Positions 29,101 to 44,399 of a DNA stretch of 64,000 nucleotides are shown piece after piece. Numbering within the stretch: position 1 is the first letter of the stretch; the number at the start of each line of letters is the position of its first letter. The notes under the pieces are model-generated. The model searched no databases, had not been told where the DNA came from, and worked only from the letters and a program-made list of their open reading frames with translations. The stretch is from Eledone cirrhosa (taxonomy: Eukaryota), in contig OZ024743.1 in the NCBI GenBank assembly GCA_964016885.1, positions 142,786,001 to 142,850,000 of the forward strand, given 5' to 3'. The translations under genes were made by a program, and so were the position numbers.

Positions 29101-32100
29101 AGCACCAAGCACCAAAAACCAAGCACCAAGCACCAAGCACCACACACCAAACACCAAGCACCAAAGACCAAGCACCAAGCACCAAACAACAAGCACCAAG
29201 CACCAAGCACCAAGCACCAAACACCATACACCCAGCACCAAACACCAAGCACAAAGCACCCAGCACCAAACACCAAGCACCAAACACCAAACACCAAGCA
29301 CCAAGCACCAAACACCAAACACTAATCACCAAGCGCCAAACACCAAAACCCAAACACTAGACACCAAGCACGAAATACCAAACACGAAACACCAAACACC
29401 AAGCACCAAGCACCAAAGACTAATCACCATGCACCAAGCACCAAACAACAAGCACCAAGCACCAAGCACCAGGCACCAAGCACCAAGCACCAAACACAGA
29501 ACACCAAGCACCAAGCACCAAGCAGCAAAAACCAAGCATCAAACACCCAACACCAAGCACCAAACACCAAACACCAAGCACTAAGCACCAAGCACCAAGC
29601 ACCAATCAGCAAACACCAAGCACCAAGCACCAAACACCAAGCACCAGGCACCAAGCACCAGGCACCAAGCACCAAACACCAAGCACCAAGCACCAAACAC
29701 CAAACAACAAGCACCAAGCACCAAGCACCAAACACCAAGCACCAAGCACCAAGCACCAAAAACCAAGCACCAAGCACCAAGCACCAAACACCAAACACCA
29801 AGCACCAAAGACCAAGCACCAAGCACCAAACAACAAGCACCAAGCACCAAGCACCAAACACCAAGCACCAAGCACCAAACACCAACCACCCAGCACCAAG
29901 CACCAAGCACCAAACACCAAGCACCAAACAGCAACCACCAAACAGCAAGCACCAAGCACCAGGCACCAAACACTAATCACCAAGCACCAAGCACCAAACA
30001 ACAAGCACCAAGCACCAGGCACCAAGCACCAAGCACCAAACACTAATCACCAAGCACCAAGCACCAAACAACAAGCACCTAGCACCAAGCACAAGGCACC
30101 AAGCACCAAGCACCAAACACTAATCACCAAGCACCAAGCACCAAGCACCAAACACCAAACACCAAGCAGCAATCACCAAGCACCAAACACCAAGCCCCAA
30201 GCACCAAACACCAAGCACCAAGCACCAAACACCAAACACCAAGCACCAAAGACCAAGCACCAAGCACCAAGCACCAAGCACCAAGCACCAAGCACCAAGC
30301 ACCAAACACCCAGCACCAAGCACCAACCACCAAACACCAAGCACCAAGCACCAAACACCAAACACCAAACACCAAGCACCAAGCACCAAACAGCAAGCAC
30401 CAAACACCAAACACCAAACACCAAACACCAAACAGCAAGCACCAAACACCAAACAGCAAAGAGCAAACGCCAAACACCAAGCACCAAGCACCAACCACCA
30501 AACACCAAGCACCAAGCACCAAGCATTAAACACCAAACAGCAAACACCATACAGCAAACACCAAACACCAAGCACCAAGCACCAAACACCAAACCCCAAG
30601 CACCAAGCACCAAACACTAATAACCAAGCACCAAGCACCAAGCACCAAACACCAAGCACCAAGCACCAAGCACCAAGCACCAAAGACCAAGCACCAAGCT
30701 CCTAGCACCAAACACAAAGCACCAGGCACCAAGCCCCAAACACCAAGCACCATGCACCAAACACCAAGCACCAAGCACGAAGCACCAAACACCAAGCACC
30801 AAGCACTAAACACTTAAAACCAAGCACCAAGCACCAAGTACCAAACACCAAGCACCAAACACCAAACACCAAGCACCAAACACCAAGCACCAAGCACCAA
30901 ACACCAAGCACCAAGCACCAAGCACCAAACACCAAGAACCAATCACCAAACACCAAGCACCAAGCACCAAGTACATACACCAAGCACCAAACACCAAACA
31001 CAAAACACCAAGCACCAAGCAACAAGCATCAAACACCAAGCATCAAACACCAAGCACCAAACACCAAGCACCAAACACCAAACACAAAACACCAAGCACC
31101 AAGCACCAAACACCAAACACCAAGCACCAAACACCAAACACCAAGCACCAAGCACCAAACACCAAACACCAAGCCCCAAGCACCAAAAACCTAACACCAA
31201 GTACCAAGCACCAAGCACCAAGCACCGAACACCAAGCACCAAACACCAAGCACCAAACACCAAGCACCAAGCACCAAACACCAAACACCAAACACCAAAG
31301 ACCAAGCACCAAGCACCAAACACCAAACACCAAACAGCAAGCACCAAGCACCAAACACCAAGCACCAAGCACCAAACAACAAACACCAAGCACCATGCAC
31401 CAAACACTAATCACCAAGCACCAAGCACCAAACACCAAGCACCAAGCAGCAAGCACCAAACACCAAACACCAAGCACCAAGCACCAAGCACCAAACACCG
31501 AGCACCATGCACCAAACACCAAATCCCAAGCACCAAAGACCAAGCACCAAGCACCAAGGACCAAACACCAAGCACCAAGCATCAAGCACCAAGCACCAAA
31601 CACCAAGCACCAAGCACCAAACACCCAGCACCAAGCACCAAGCACCAAACACCAAGCACCAAACACCAAGCACCAAACACCATACACCCAGCACCAAACA
31701 CCAAGCACCAAGCACCAAACACCAAACACCAAACACCAAGCACCAAGCACCAAACAACAAGCACCAAACACCAAACACCAAACACCAAACACCAAACACC
31801 ATGCACCAAGCATTAAACACCAAACAGCAAACACCAAACACGAAACAGCAAACACCATACAGCAAACACCAAGCACCAAGCACCAAACACCAAACCACAA
31901 GCACCAAGCACCAAACACTAATAACCAAGCACCAAGCACCAATCACCAAGCACCAAACACCAAGCACCAAGCGCCAACACCAAACACCAAAGACCAAGCA
32001 CCAAGCACCTAGCACCAAACACAAAGCACCAGGCACCAAGCCTCAAACACCAAGCACCATGCACCAAACACCAAGCACCAAGCACGAAGCACCAAACACC

Positions 32101-34900
32101 AAGCACCAAGCACCAAACACTTAACACCAAGCACCAAGCACCAAGTAACAAACACCAAGCACCAAACACCAAACACCAAGCACCAAACACCAAGCACCAA
32201 GCACCAAACACCAAGCACCAAACACCAAACACAAAACACCAAGCACCAAGCAACAAGCATCAAACACCTAGCATCAAACACCAAACACCAAGTACCAAGC
32301 ACCAAACACCAAACACCAAGCACCAAGCACCAAGCACCAAACACCGTACACCCAGCACCAAACACCAAGCACAAAGCACCAAGCACCAAACACCAAGCAC
32401 CAAACACCAAACACCAAGCACCAAGCACCAAACACCAAACACCAAGCCCCAAGCACCAAAAACCTAACACCAAGTACCAAGCACCAAGCACCAAGCACCG
32501 AACACCAAGCACCAAACACCAAGCACCAAACACCAAGCACCAAGCACCAAACACCAAACACCAAGCACCAAGCACCAAGCACCAAACACCAAGCACCAGG
32601 CACCAAGCCCCAAACATCAAGCACCATGCACCAAACACCAAGCACCAAGCACGAAGCACCAAACACCAAGCACCAAACACCAAACACCAAGCACCAAGCA
32701 CCAAGCACCAAACACCAAGCATCAAACACCAAACACCAAGCACCAAACACCAAGAACCAAGCACCAAACACCAAGCACCAAGCACCAAGTACATACACCA
32801 AGAACCAAACACCAAGCACCAAACACCAAGCACCAAGCACCAAACACCAAACACCAAACAGCAAGCACCAAGCACCAAACACCAAGCACCAAGCACCAAA
32901 CAACAAACACCAAGCACCATGCACCAAACACTAATCACCAAGGACCAAGCACAAAACACCAAGCACCAAGCAGCAAGCACCAAACACCAAACACCAAGCA
33001 CCAAGCACCAAGCACCAAACACCGAGCACCAAGCACCAAACACCAAACCCCAAGCACCAAAGACCAAGCACCAAACACCAAGGACCAAACACCAAGCAGC
33101 AAGCACCAAACACCCAGCACCAAGCACCAAACACCCAGCACCAAGCACCAAGCACCAAACAGCAAGCACCAAACACCAAACACCAAACACCAAACACCAA
33201 ACAGCAAGCACCAAACACCAAACAGCAAAGAGCAAACGCCAAACACCAAGCACCAAGCACCAAGCACCAAACACCAAGCACCAAGCACCAAGCATTAAAC
33301 ACCAAACAGCAAACACCATACAGCAAACACCAAACACCAAGCACCAAGCACCAAACACCAAACCCCAAGCACCAAGCACCAAACACTAATAACCAAGCAC
33401 CAAGCACCAAGCACCAAACACCAAGCACCAAGCACCAAGCACCAAACACCAAAGACCAAGCACCAAGCACCTAGCACCAAACACAAAGCACCAGGCACCA
33501 AGCCCCAAACACCAAGCACCATGCACCAAACACCAAGAACCAAGCACGAAGCACCAAACACCAAGCACCAAGCACCAAACACTTAACACCAAGCACCAAG
33601 CACCAAGTACCAAACACCAAGCACCAAACACCAAACACGAAGCACCAAACACCAAGCACCAAGCACCAAACACCAAGAACCAAGCACCAAACACCAAGCA
33701 CCAAGCACCAAGTACATACACCAAGCACCAAACACCAAACACAAAACACCAAGCACCAAGCAACAAGCATCAAACACCAAGCATCAAACACCAAACACCA
33801 AGTACCAAGCACCAAACACCAAACACCAAGCACCAAGCACCAAGCACCAAACACCATACACCCAGCACCAAACACCAAGCACAAAGCACCCAGCACCAAA
33901 CACCAAGCACCAAACACCAAACACCAAGCACCAAGCACCAAACACCAAACACTAAGCACCAAGCACCAAACACCAAAACCCAAACACTAGACACCAAGCA
34001 CGAAACACCAAACACCAAACACCAAACACCAAACACCAAGCACCAAGCACCAAGCACCAATCAGCAAACACCAAGCACCAAGCACCAAACACCAAGCAGC
34101 AGGCACCAAGCACCAAACACCAAGCACCAAGCACCAAACACGAAACAACAAGCACCAAGCACCAAGCACCAAACACCAAGCACCAAGCACCAAGCACCAA
34201 AAACCAAGCACCAAGCACCAAACAACAAGCACCAAGCACCAAGCACCAAACACCAAGCACCAAGCACCAAACACCAACCACCCAGCACCAAGCACCAAGC
34301 ACCAAACACCAACCACCAAACAGCAACCACCAAACAGCAAGCACCAAGCACCAGGCACCAAACACTAATCACCAAGCACCAAGCACCAAACAACAAGCAC
34401 CAAGCACCAGGCACCAAGCACCAAGCACCAAACACTAATCACCAAGCACCAAGCACCAAACAACAAGCACCAAGCACCAAGCTCAAGGCACCAGGCACCA
34501 AGCACCAAACACTAATCACCAAGCACCAAGCACCAAGCACCAAACACCAAACACCAAGCAGCAATCACCAAGCACCAAACACCAAGCCCCAAGCACCAAA
34601 CACCAAGCACCAAGCACCAAACACCAAACACCAAACACCAAGCACCAAGCACCAAACAGCAAGCACCAAACACCAAACACCAAACACCAAACACCAAACA
34701 GCAAGCACCAAACACCAAACAGCAAAGAGCAAACGCCAAACACCAAGCACCAAGCACCAACCACCAAACACCAAGCACCAAGCACCAAGCATTAAACACC
34801 AAACAGCAAACACCAAACACGAAACAGCAAACACCATACAGCAAACACCAAACACCAAGCACCAAGCACCAAACACCAAACCCCAAGCACCAAGCACCAA
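26200..34900 (+). repeat. Mosaic, more rearranged HOR region (related blocks ~0.9, 4.3-4.4, 5.1 and 5.9 kb apart)
   Basis: Offsets are 903 (ORF ends 27482/28385, 27594/28497), 5085 (28301/33386, 28498/33583), 5946 (26314/32260), 4392 (30120/34512) and 4280 (30702/34982). Private marker caccaag-aaccaag-cacgaag lies near 27550, 28450 and 33540. Boundaries are approximate. Confidence 0.7.
29971..30125 (+). repeat. Triple cactaat sub-repeat (70 + 77 bp spacing), landmark of the right-hand HORs
   Basis: cactaat at 29971/30041/30118. The same triplet starts at 34363, 37734, 41385, 44093, 47666 and 56582, and a two-unit form ending in cactatt starts at 52358 and 61274. Confidence 0.88.
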
Positions 34901-35199
34901 ACACTAATAACCAAGCACCAAGCACCAAACACCAAGCACCAAGCACCAAGCACCAAGCACCAAAGACCAAGCACCAAGCACCTAGCACCAAACACAAAGC
35001 ACCAGGCACCAAGCCCCAAAAACCAAGCACCATGCACCAAACACCAAGCACCAAGCACGAAGCACCAAACACCAAGCACCAAGCACTAAACACTTAAAAC
35101 CAAGCACCAAGCACCAAGTACCAAACACCAAGCACCAAACACCAAACACCAAGCACCAAACACCAAGCACCAAGCACCAAACACCAAGCACCAAGCACC

Positions 35200-38100
35200 A
35201 AGCACCAAACACCAAGAACCAAGCACCAAACACCAAGCACCAAGCACCAAGTACATACACCAAGCACCAAACACCAAACACAAAACACCAAGCACCAAGC
35301 AACAAGCATCAAACACCAAGCATCAAACACCAAACACCAAGTACCAAGCACCAAACACCAAACACCAAGCACCAAGCACCAAGCACCAAACACCATACAC
35401 CCAGCACCAAACACCAAGCACAAAGCACCAAACACCAAACACCAAGCACCAAACACCAAACACCAAGCACCAAGCACCAAACACCAAACACCAAGCCCCA
35501 AGCACCAAAAACCTAACACCAAGTACCAAGCACCAAGCACCAAGCACCGAACACCAAGCACCAAACACCAAGCACCAAACACCAAGCACCAAGCACCAAA
35601 CACCAAACACCAAGCACCAAGCACCAAGCACCAAACACCAAGCACCAGGCACCAAGCCCCAAACATCAAGCACCATGCACCAAACACCAAGCACCAAGCA
35701 CTAAGCACCAAACACGAAGCACCAAGCACCAAACACTTAACACCAAGCACCAAGCACCAAGCACCAAACACCAAGCACCAAACACCAAACACCAAGCACC
35801 AAGTACCAAACACCAAGCACCAAACACCAAGCACCAAGCACCAAGCACCAAACACCAAGAACCAAGCACCAAACACCAAGCACCAAGCACCAAGTACATA
35901 CACCAAGCACCAAACACCAAGCTCCAAACACCAAGCACCAAGCACCAAACACCAAACACCAAACACCAAACACCAAACACCAAGCACCAAGCACCAAACA
36001 CCAAACACCAAACAGCAAGCACCTAGCACCAAACACCAAGCACCAAGCACCAAACAACAAACACCAAGCACCATGCACCAAACACTAATCACCAAGCACC
36101 AAGCACCAAACACCAAGCACCAAGCAGCAAGCACCAAGCACCAAACACCAAGCACCAAGCACCAAACACCAAACCCCAAGCACCAAAGACCAAGCACCAA
36201 GCACCAAGGACCAAACACCAAGCACCAAGCATCAAGCACCAAGCACCAAACACCAAGCACCAAGCACCAAACACCCAGCACCAAGCACCAAGCACCAAAC
36301 ACCAAGCACCAAGCACCAGACACCAAACACCAAACACCAAGCACCAAGCATTAAACACCAAACACCAAACACCAAACACGAAACAGCAAACACCATACAG
36401 CAAACACCAAACACCAAGCACCAAGCACCAAACACCAAACCCCAAGCACCAAGCACCAAACACTAATTACCAAGCACCAAGCACCAAGCACCAAACACCA
36501 AGCACCAAGCACCAAGCACCAAACACCAAAGACCAAGCACCAAGCACCTAGCACCAAACAGAAAGCACCAGGCACCAAGCCCCAAACACCAAGCACCATG
36601 CACCAAACACCAAGCACCAAGCACGAAGCACCAAACACCAAGCACCAAACACTTAACACCAAGCACCAAGCACCAAGTACCAAACACCAAGCACCAAACA
36701 CCAAAAACCAAGCACCAAACAACAAGTACCAAGCACCAAACACCAAGCACCAAGCACCAAGCACCAAAAACCAAGAACCAAGCACCAAACACCAAGCACC
36801 AAGCACCAAGTACCAAACACCAAGCACCACACACCAAACACCAAGCACCAAACACCAAGCACCAAGCACCAAACACCAAGAACCAAGCACCAAACACCAA
36901 GCACCAAGCACCAAGTACATACACCAAGCACCAAACACCAAACACAAAACACCAAGCACCAAGCAACATGCATCAAACACCAAGCATCAAACACCAAACA
37001 CCAAGTACCAAGCACCAAACACCAAACACCAAGCACCAAGCACCAAGCACCAAACACCATACACCCAGCACCAAACACCAAGCTCAAAGCACCAAACACC
37101 AAGCACCAAACACCAAACACCAAGCACCAAGCACCAAACACCAAACACTAAGCACCAAGCAATAAACACCAAAACCCAAACACTACACACCAAGCACGAA
37201 ACACCAAACACCAAACACCAAGCACCAAGCACCAAAGACTAATCACCAAGCACCAAGCACCAAACAACAAGCACCAAGCACCAAGCACCAGGCACCAAGC
37301 ACCAAGCACCAAACACAGAACACCAAGCACCAAGCACCAAGCACCAAGCAGCAAAAACCAAGCATCAAACACCAAACACCAAACACCAAGCACCAAACAC
37401 CAAACACCAAGCACTAAGCACCAAGCACCAAGCACCAAGCACCAATCAGCAAACACCAAGCACCAAGCACCAAACACCAAGCACCAGGCACCAAGCACCA
37501 AACACCAAGCACCAAGCACCAAACACCAAACACCAAGCGCCAAAGACCAAGCACCAAGCACCAAACAACAAGCACCAAGCACCAAGCACCAAACACCAAG
37601 CACCAAGCACCAAGCACCAAAAACCAAGCACCAAGCACCAAGCACCAAACACCAAGCACCAAACAGCAACCACCAAACAGCAAGCACCAAGCACCAAGCA
37701 CCAAACACCAAGCCCCAAGCACCAAGCACCAAACACTAATCACCAAGCACCAAGCACCAAACAACAAGCACCAAGCACCAGGCACCAAGCACCAAGCACC
37801 AAACACTAATCACCAAGCACCAAGCACCAAACAACAAGCACCAAGCACCAAGCACAAGGCACCAAGCACCAAGCACCAAACACTAATCACCAAGCACCAA
37901 GCACCAAGCACCAAACACCAAACACCAAGCAGCAATCACCAAGCACCAAACACCAAGCCCCAAGCACCAAACACCAAGCACCAAGCACCAAGCACCAAAC
38001 ACCAAGCACCAAAGACCAAGCACCAAGCACCAAGCACCAAGCACCAAACACCAAGCACCTAGCACCAAACACCCAGCACCAAGCACCAACCACCAAACAC

Positions 38101-41100
38101 CAAGCACCAAGCACCAAACACCAAACACCAAACACCAAGCACCAAGCACCAAACAGCAAGCACCAAACACCAAACACCAAACACCAAACACCAAACAGCA
38201 AGCACCAAACACCAAACAGCAAAGAGCAAACGCCAAACACCAAGCACCAAGCACCAAGCACCAAACACCAAGCACCAAGCACCAAGCATTAAACACCAAA
38301 CAGCAAACACCAAACACGAAACAGCAAACACCATACAGCAAACACCAAACACCAAGCACCAAGCACCAAACACCAAACCCCAAGCACCAAGCACCAAACA
38401 CTAATAACCAAGCACCAAGCACCAAGCACCAAACACCAAGCACCAAGCACGAAGCACCAAACACCAAAGACCAAGCACCAAGCACCTAGCACCAAACACA
38501 AAGCCCCAGGCACCAAGCCCCAAACACCAAGCACCATGCACCAAACACCAAGCACCAAGCACGAAGCACCAAACACCAAGCACCAAGCACCAAACACTTA
38601 ACACCAAGCACCAAGCACCAAGTACCAAACACCAAGCACCAAACACCAAACACCAAGCACCAAACACCAAGCACCAAGCACCAAACACCAAACACCAAAC
38701 ACCAAGCACCAAGCACCAAACACCAAACACCAAACAGCAAGCACCAAGCACCAAACACCAAGCACCAAGCACCAAACAACAAACACCAAGCACCATGCAC
38801 CAAACACTAATCACCAAGCACCAAGCACCAAACACCAAGCACCAAGCAGCAAGCACCAAACACCAAGAACCAAGCACCAAACACCAAGCACCAAGCACCA
38901 AGTACATACACCAAGCACCAAACACCAAACACAAAACACCAAGCACCAAGCAACAAGCATCAAACACCAAGCATCAAACACCAAACACCAAGTACCAAGC
39001 ACCAAACACCAAACACCAAGCACCAAGCACCAAGCACCAAACACCATACACCCAGCACCAAACACCAAGCACAAAGCACCAAACACCAAACACCAAGCAC
39101 CAAACACCAAACACCAAGCACCAAGCACCAAACACCAAACACCAAGCCCCAAGCACCAAAAACCTAACACCAAGTACCAAGCACCAAGCACCAAGCACCG
39201 AACACCAAGCACCAAACACCAAGCACCAAACACCAAGCACCAAGCACCAAACACCAAACACCAAGCACCAAGCACCAAGCACCAAACACCAAGCACCAGG
39301 CACCAAGCCCCAAACATCAAGCACCATGCACCAAACACCAAGCACCAAGCACGAAGCACCAAACACGAAGCACCAAGCACCAAACACTTAACACCAAGCA
39401 CCAAGCACCAAGCACCAAACACCAAGCACCAAACACCAAACACCAAGCACCAAGTACCAAACACCAAGCACCAAACACCAAGCACCAAGCACCAAGCACC
39501 AAACACCAAGAACCAAGCACCAAACACCAAGCACCAAGCACCAAGTACATACACCAAGCACCAAACACCAAGCACCAAACACCAAGCACCAAGCACCAAA
39601 CACCAAACACCAAACACCAAACACCAAACACCAAGCACCAAGCACCAAACACCAAACACCAAACAGCAAGCACCTAGCACCAAACACCAAGCACCAAGCA
39701 CCAAACAACAAACACCAAGCACCATGCACCAAACACTAATCACCAAGCACCAAGCACCAAACACCAAGCACCAAGCAGCAAGCACCAAGCACCAAACACC
39801 AAGCACCAAGCACCAAACACCAAACCCCAAGCACCAAAGACCAAGCACCAAGCACCAAGGACCAAACACCAAGCACCAAGCATCAAGCACCAAGCACCAA
39901 ACACCAAGCACCAAGCACCAAACACCCAGCACCAAGCACCAAGCACCAAACACCAAGCACCAAGCACCAGACACCAAACACCAAACACCAAGCACCAAGC
40001 ATTAAACACCAAACACCAAACACCAAACACGAAACAGCAAACACCATACAGCAAACACCAAACACCAAGCACCAAGCACCAAACACCAAACCCCAAGCAC
40101 CAAGCACCAAACACTAATTACCAAGCACCAAGCACCAAGCACCAAACACCAAGCACCAAGCACCAAGCACCAAACACCAAAGACCAAGCACCAAGCACCT
40201 AGCACCAAACAGAAAGCACCAGGCACCAAGCCCCAAACACCAAGCACCATGCACCAAACACCAAGCACCAAGCACGAAGCACCAAACACCAAGCACCAAA
40301 CACTTAACACCAAGCACCAAGCACCAAGTACCAAACACCAAGCACCAAACACCAAAAACCAAGCACCAAACAACAAGTACCAAGCACCAAACACCAAGCA
40401 CCAAGCACCAAGCACCAAAAACCAAGAACCAAGCACCAAACACCAAGCACCAAGCACCAAGTACCAAACACCAAGCACCACACACCAAACACCAAGCACC
40501 AAACACCAAGCACCAAGCACCAAACACCAAGAACCAAGCACCAAACACCAAGCACCAAGCACCAAGTACATACACCAAGCACCAAACACCAAACACAAAA
40601 CACCAAGCACCAAGCAACATGCATCAAACACCAAGCATCAAACACCAAACACCAAGTACCAAGCACCAAACACCAAACACCAAGCACCAAGCACCAAGCA
40701 CCAAACACCATACACCCAGCACCAAACACCAAGCTCAAAGCACCAAACACCAAGCACCAAACACCAAACACCAAGCACCAAGCACCAAACACCAAACACT
40801 AAGCACCAAGCAATAAACACCAAAACCCAAACACTACACACCAAGCACGAAACACCAAACACCAAACACCAAGCACCAAGCACCAAAGACTAATCACCAA
40901 GCACCAAGCACCAAACAACAAGCACCAAGCACCAAGCACCAGGCACCAAGCACCAAGCACCAAACACAGAACACCAAGCACCAAGCACCAAGCACCAAGC
41001 AGCAAAAACCAAGCATCAAACACCAAACACCAAACACCAAGCACCAAACACCAAACACCAAGCACTAAGCACCAAGCACCAAGCACCAAGCACCAATCAG

Positions 41101-44100
41101 CAAACACCAAGCACCAAGCACCAAACACCAAGCACCAGGCACCAAGCACCAAACACCAAGCACCAAGCACCAAACACCAAACACCAAGCGCCAAAGACCA
41201 AGCACCAAGCACCAAACAACAAGCACCAAGCACCAAGCACCAAACACCAAGCACCAAGCACCAGGCACCAAAAACCAAGCACCAAGCACCAAGCACCAAA
41301 CACCAAGCACCAAACAGCAACCACCAAACAGCAAGCACCAAGCACCAAGCACCAAACACCAAGCCCCAAGCACCAAGCACCAAACACTAATCACCAAGCA
41401 CCAAGCACCAAACAACAAGCACCAAGCACCAGGCACCAAGCACCAAGCACCAAACACTAATCACCAAGCACCAAGCACCAAACAACAAGCACCAAGCACC
41501 AAGCACAAGGCACCAAGCACCAAGCACCAAACACTAATCACCAAGCACCAAGCACCAAGCACCAAACACCAAACACCAAGCAGCAATCACCAAGCACCAA
41601 ACACCAAGCCCCAAGCACCAAACACCAAGCACCAAGCACCAAGCACCAAACACCAAGCACCAAACACCAAGCACCAAGCACCAAGCACCAAGCACCAAAC
41701 ACCAAGCACCTAGCACCAAACACCCAGCACCAAGCACCAACCACCAAACACCAAGCACCAAGCACCAAACACCAAACACCAAACACCAAGCACCAAGCAC
41801 CAAACAGCAAGCACCAAACACCAAACACCAAACACCAAACACCAAACAGCAAGCACCAAACACCAAACAGCAAAGAGCAAACGCCAAACACCAAGCACCA
41901 AGCACCAAGCACCAAACACCAAGCACCAAGCACCAAGCATTAAACACCAAACAGCAAACACCAAACACGAAACAGCAAACACCATACAGCAAACACCAAA
42001 CACCAAGCACCAAGCACCAAACACCAAACCCCAAGCACCAAGCACAAAACACTAATAACCAAGCACCAAGCACCAAGCACCAAACACCAAGCACCAAGCA
42101 CGAAGCACCAAACACCAAAGACCAAGCACCAAGCACCTAGCACCAAACACAAAGCCCCAGGCACCAAGCCCCAAACACCAAGCACCATGCACCAAACACC
42201 AAGCACCAAGCACGAAGCACCAAACACCAAGCACCAAGCACCAAACACTTAACACCAAGCACCAAGCACCAAGTACCAAACACCAAGCACCAAACACCAA
42301 ACACCAAGCACCAAACACCAAGCACCAAGCACCAAACACCAAACACCAAACACCAAGCACCAAGCACCAAACACCAAACACCAAACAGCAAGCACCAAGC
42401 ACCAAACACCAAGCACCAAGCACCAAACAACAAACACCAAGCACCATGCACCAAACACTAATCACCAAGCACCAAGCACCAAACACCAAGCACCAAGCAG
42501 CAAGCACCAAACACCAAACACCAAGCACCAAGCACCAAGCACCAAACACCAAGCACCAAGCACCAAACACCAAAACCCAAGCACCAAAGACCAAGCACCA
42601 AGCACCAAGGACCAAACACCAAGCACCAAGCATCAAGCACCAAGCACCAAACACCAAGCACCAAGCACCAAACACCCAGCACCAAACACCAAGCACCAAA
42701 CACCAGGCACCAAGCACCAAACACCAAACACCAAACACCGAGCACCAAGCATTAAACACCAAACACCAAACACCAAACACGAAACAGAAAACACCATACA
42801 GCAAACACCAAACACCAAGCACCAAGCACCAAACACCAAACCCCAAGCACCAAGCACCAAACACTAATTACCAAGCACCAAGCACCAAGCACCAAACACC
42901 AAGCACCAAGCACCAAGCACCAAACACCAAAGACCAAGCACCAAGCACCTAGCACCAAACAGAAAGCACCAGGCACCAAGCCCCAAACACCAAGCACCAT
43001 GCACCAAACACCAAGCACCAAGCACGAAGCACCAAACACCAAGCACCAAACACTTAACACCAAACACCAAGCACCAAACACCAAGTACCAAGCACCAAAC
43101 ACCAAGCACCAAGCACCAAGCACCAAAAACCAAGAACCAAGCACCAAACACCAAGCACCAAGCACCAAGTACCAAACACCAAGCACCAAACACCAAACAC
43201 CAAGCACCAAACACCAAGCACCAAGCACCAAACACCAAGAACCAAGCACCAAACACCAAGCACCAAGCACCAAGTACATACACCAAGCACCAAACACCAA
43301 ACACAAAACACCAAGCACCAAGCAACAAGCATCAAACACCAAGCATCAAACACCAAACACCAAGCACCAAACACCAAACACCAAGCACCAAGCACCAAGC
43401 ACCAAACACCATACACCCAGCACCAAACACCAAGCTCAAAGCACCAAGCACCAAACACCAAGCACCAAACCCCAAACACCAAGCACCAAGCACCAAACAC
43501 CAAACACTAAGCACCAAGCACCAAACACCAAAACCCAAACACTAGACACCAAGCACGAAACACCAAACACCAAACACCAAGCACCAAGCACCAAAGACTA
43601 ATCACCAAGCACCAAGCACCAAACAACAAGCACCAAGCACCAAGCACCGGGCACCAAGCACCAAGCACCAAACACAGAACACCAAGCACCAAGCACCAAG
43701 CACCAAGCAGCAAAAACCAAGCATCAAACACCAAACACCAAACACCAAGCACCAAACACCAAACACCAAGCACTAAGCACCAAGCACCAAGCACCAAGCA
43801 CCAATCAGCAAACACCAAGCACCAAGCACCAAACACCAAGCACCAGGCACCAAGCACCAAACACCAAGCACCAAGCATCAAACACCAAACACCAAGCACC
43901 AAAGACCAAGCACCAAGCACCAAACAACAAGCACCAAGCACCAAGCACCAAACACCAAGCACCAAGCACCAAGCACCAAAAACCAAGCACCAAGCACCAA
44001 GCACCAAACACCAAGCACCAAACAGCAACCACCAAACAGCAAGCACCAAGCACCAAGCACCAAACACCAAGCCCCAAGCACCAAGCACCAAACACTAATC

Positions 44101-44290
44101 ACCAAGCACCAAGCACCAAACAACAAGCACCAAGCACCAGGCACCAAGCACCAAGCACCAAACACTAATCACCAAGCACCAAGCACCAAACAACAAGCAC
44201 CAAGCACCAAGCACAAGGCACCAAGCACCAAACACCAAACACTAATCACCAAGCACCAAGCACCAAGCACCAAGCACCAAACACCAAGCA
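35200..44290 (+). repeat. 3651-bp tandem HOR, two full copies (~35200-38850, ~38851-42515) plus a shorter third copy to ~44290
   Basis: Offset is exactly 3651 at 35309/38960, 36073/39724, 36351/40002, 37148/40799, 37883/41534, 38486/42137 and 38795/42446. 3651 = 522x7 - 3 (three tacata units). Third-copy offsets are 2722, 2750 and 2708 (39724/42446, 39883/42633, 40799/43507). Confidence 0.93.
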
Positions 44291-44399
44291 GCAATCACCA
44301 AGCACCAAACACCAAACACCAAGCACCAAGCACCAACCACCAAACACCAAGCACCAAGCACCAAACACCAAACACCAAACACCAAGCACCAAGCACCAA

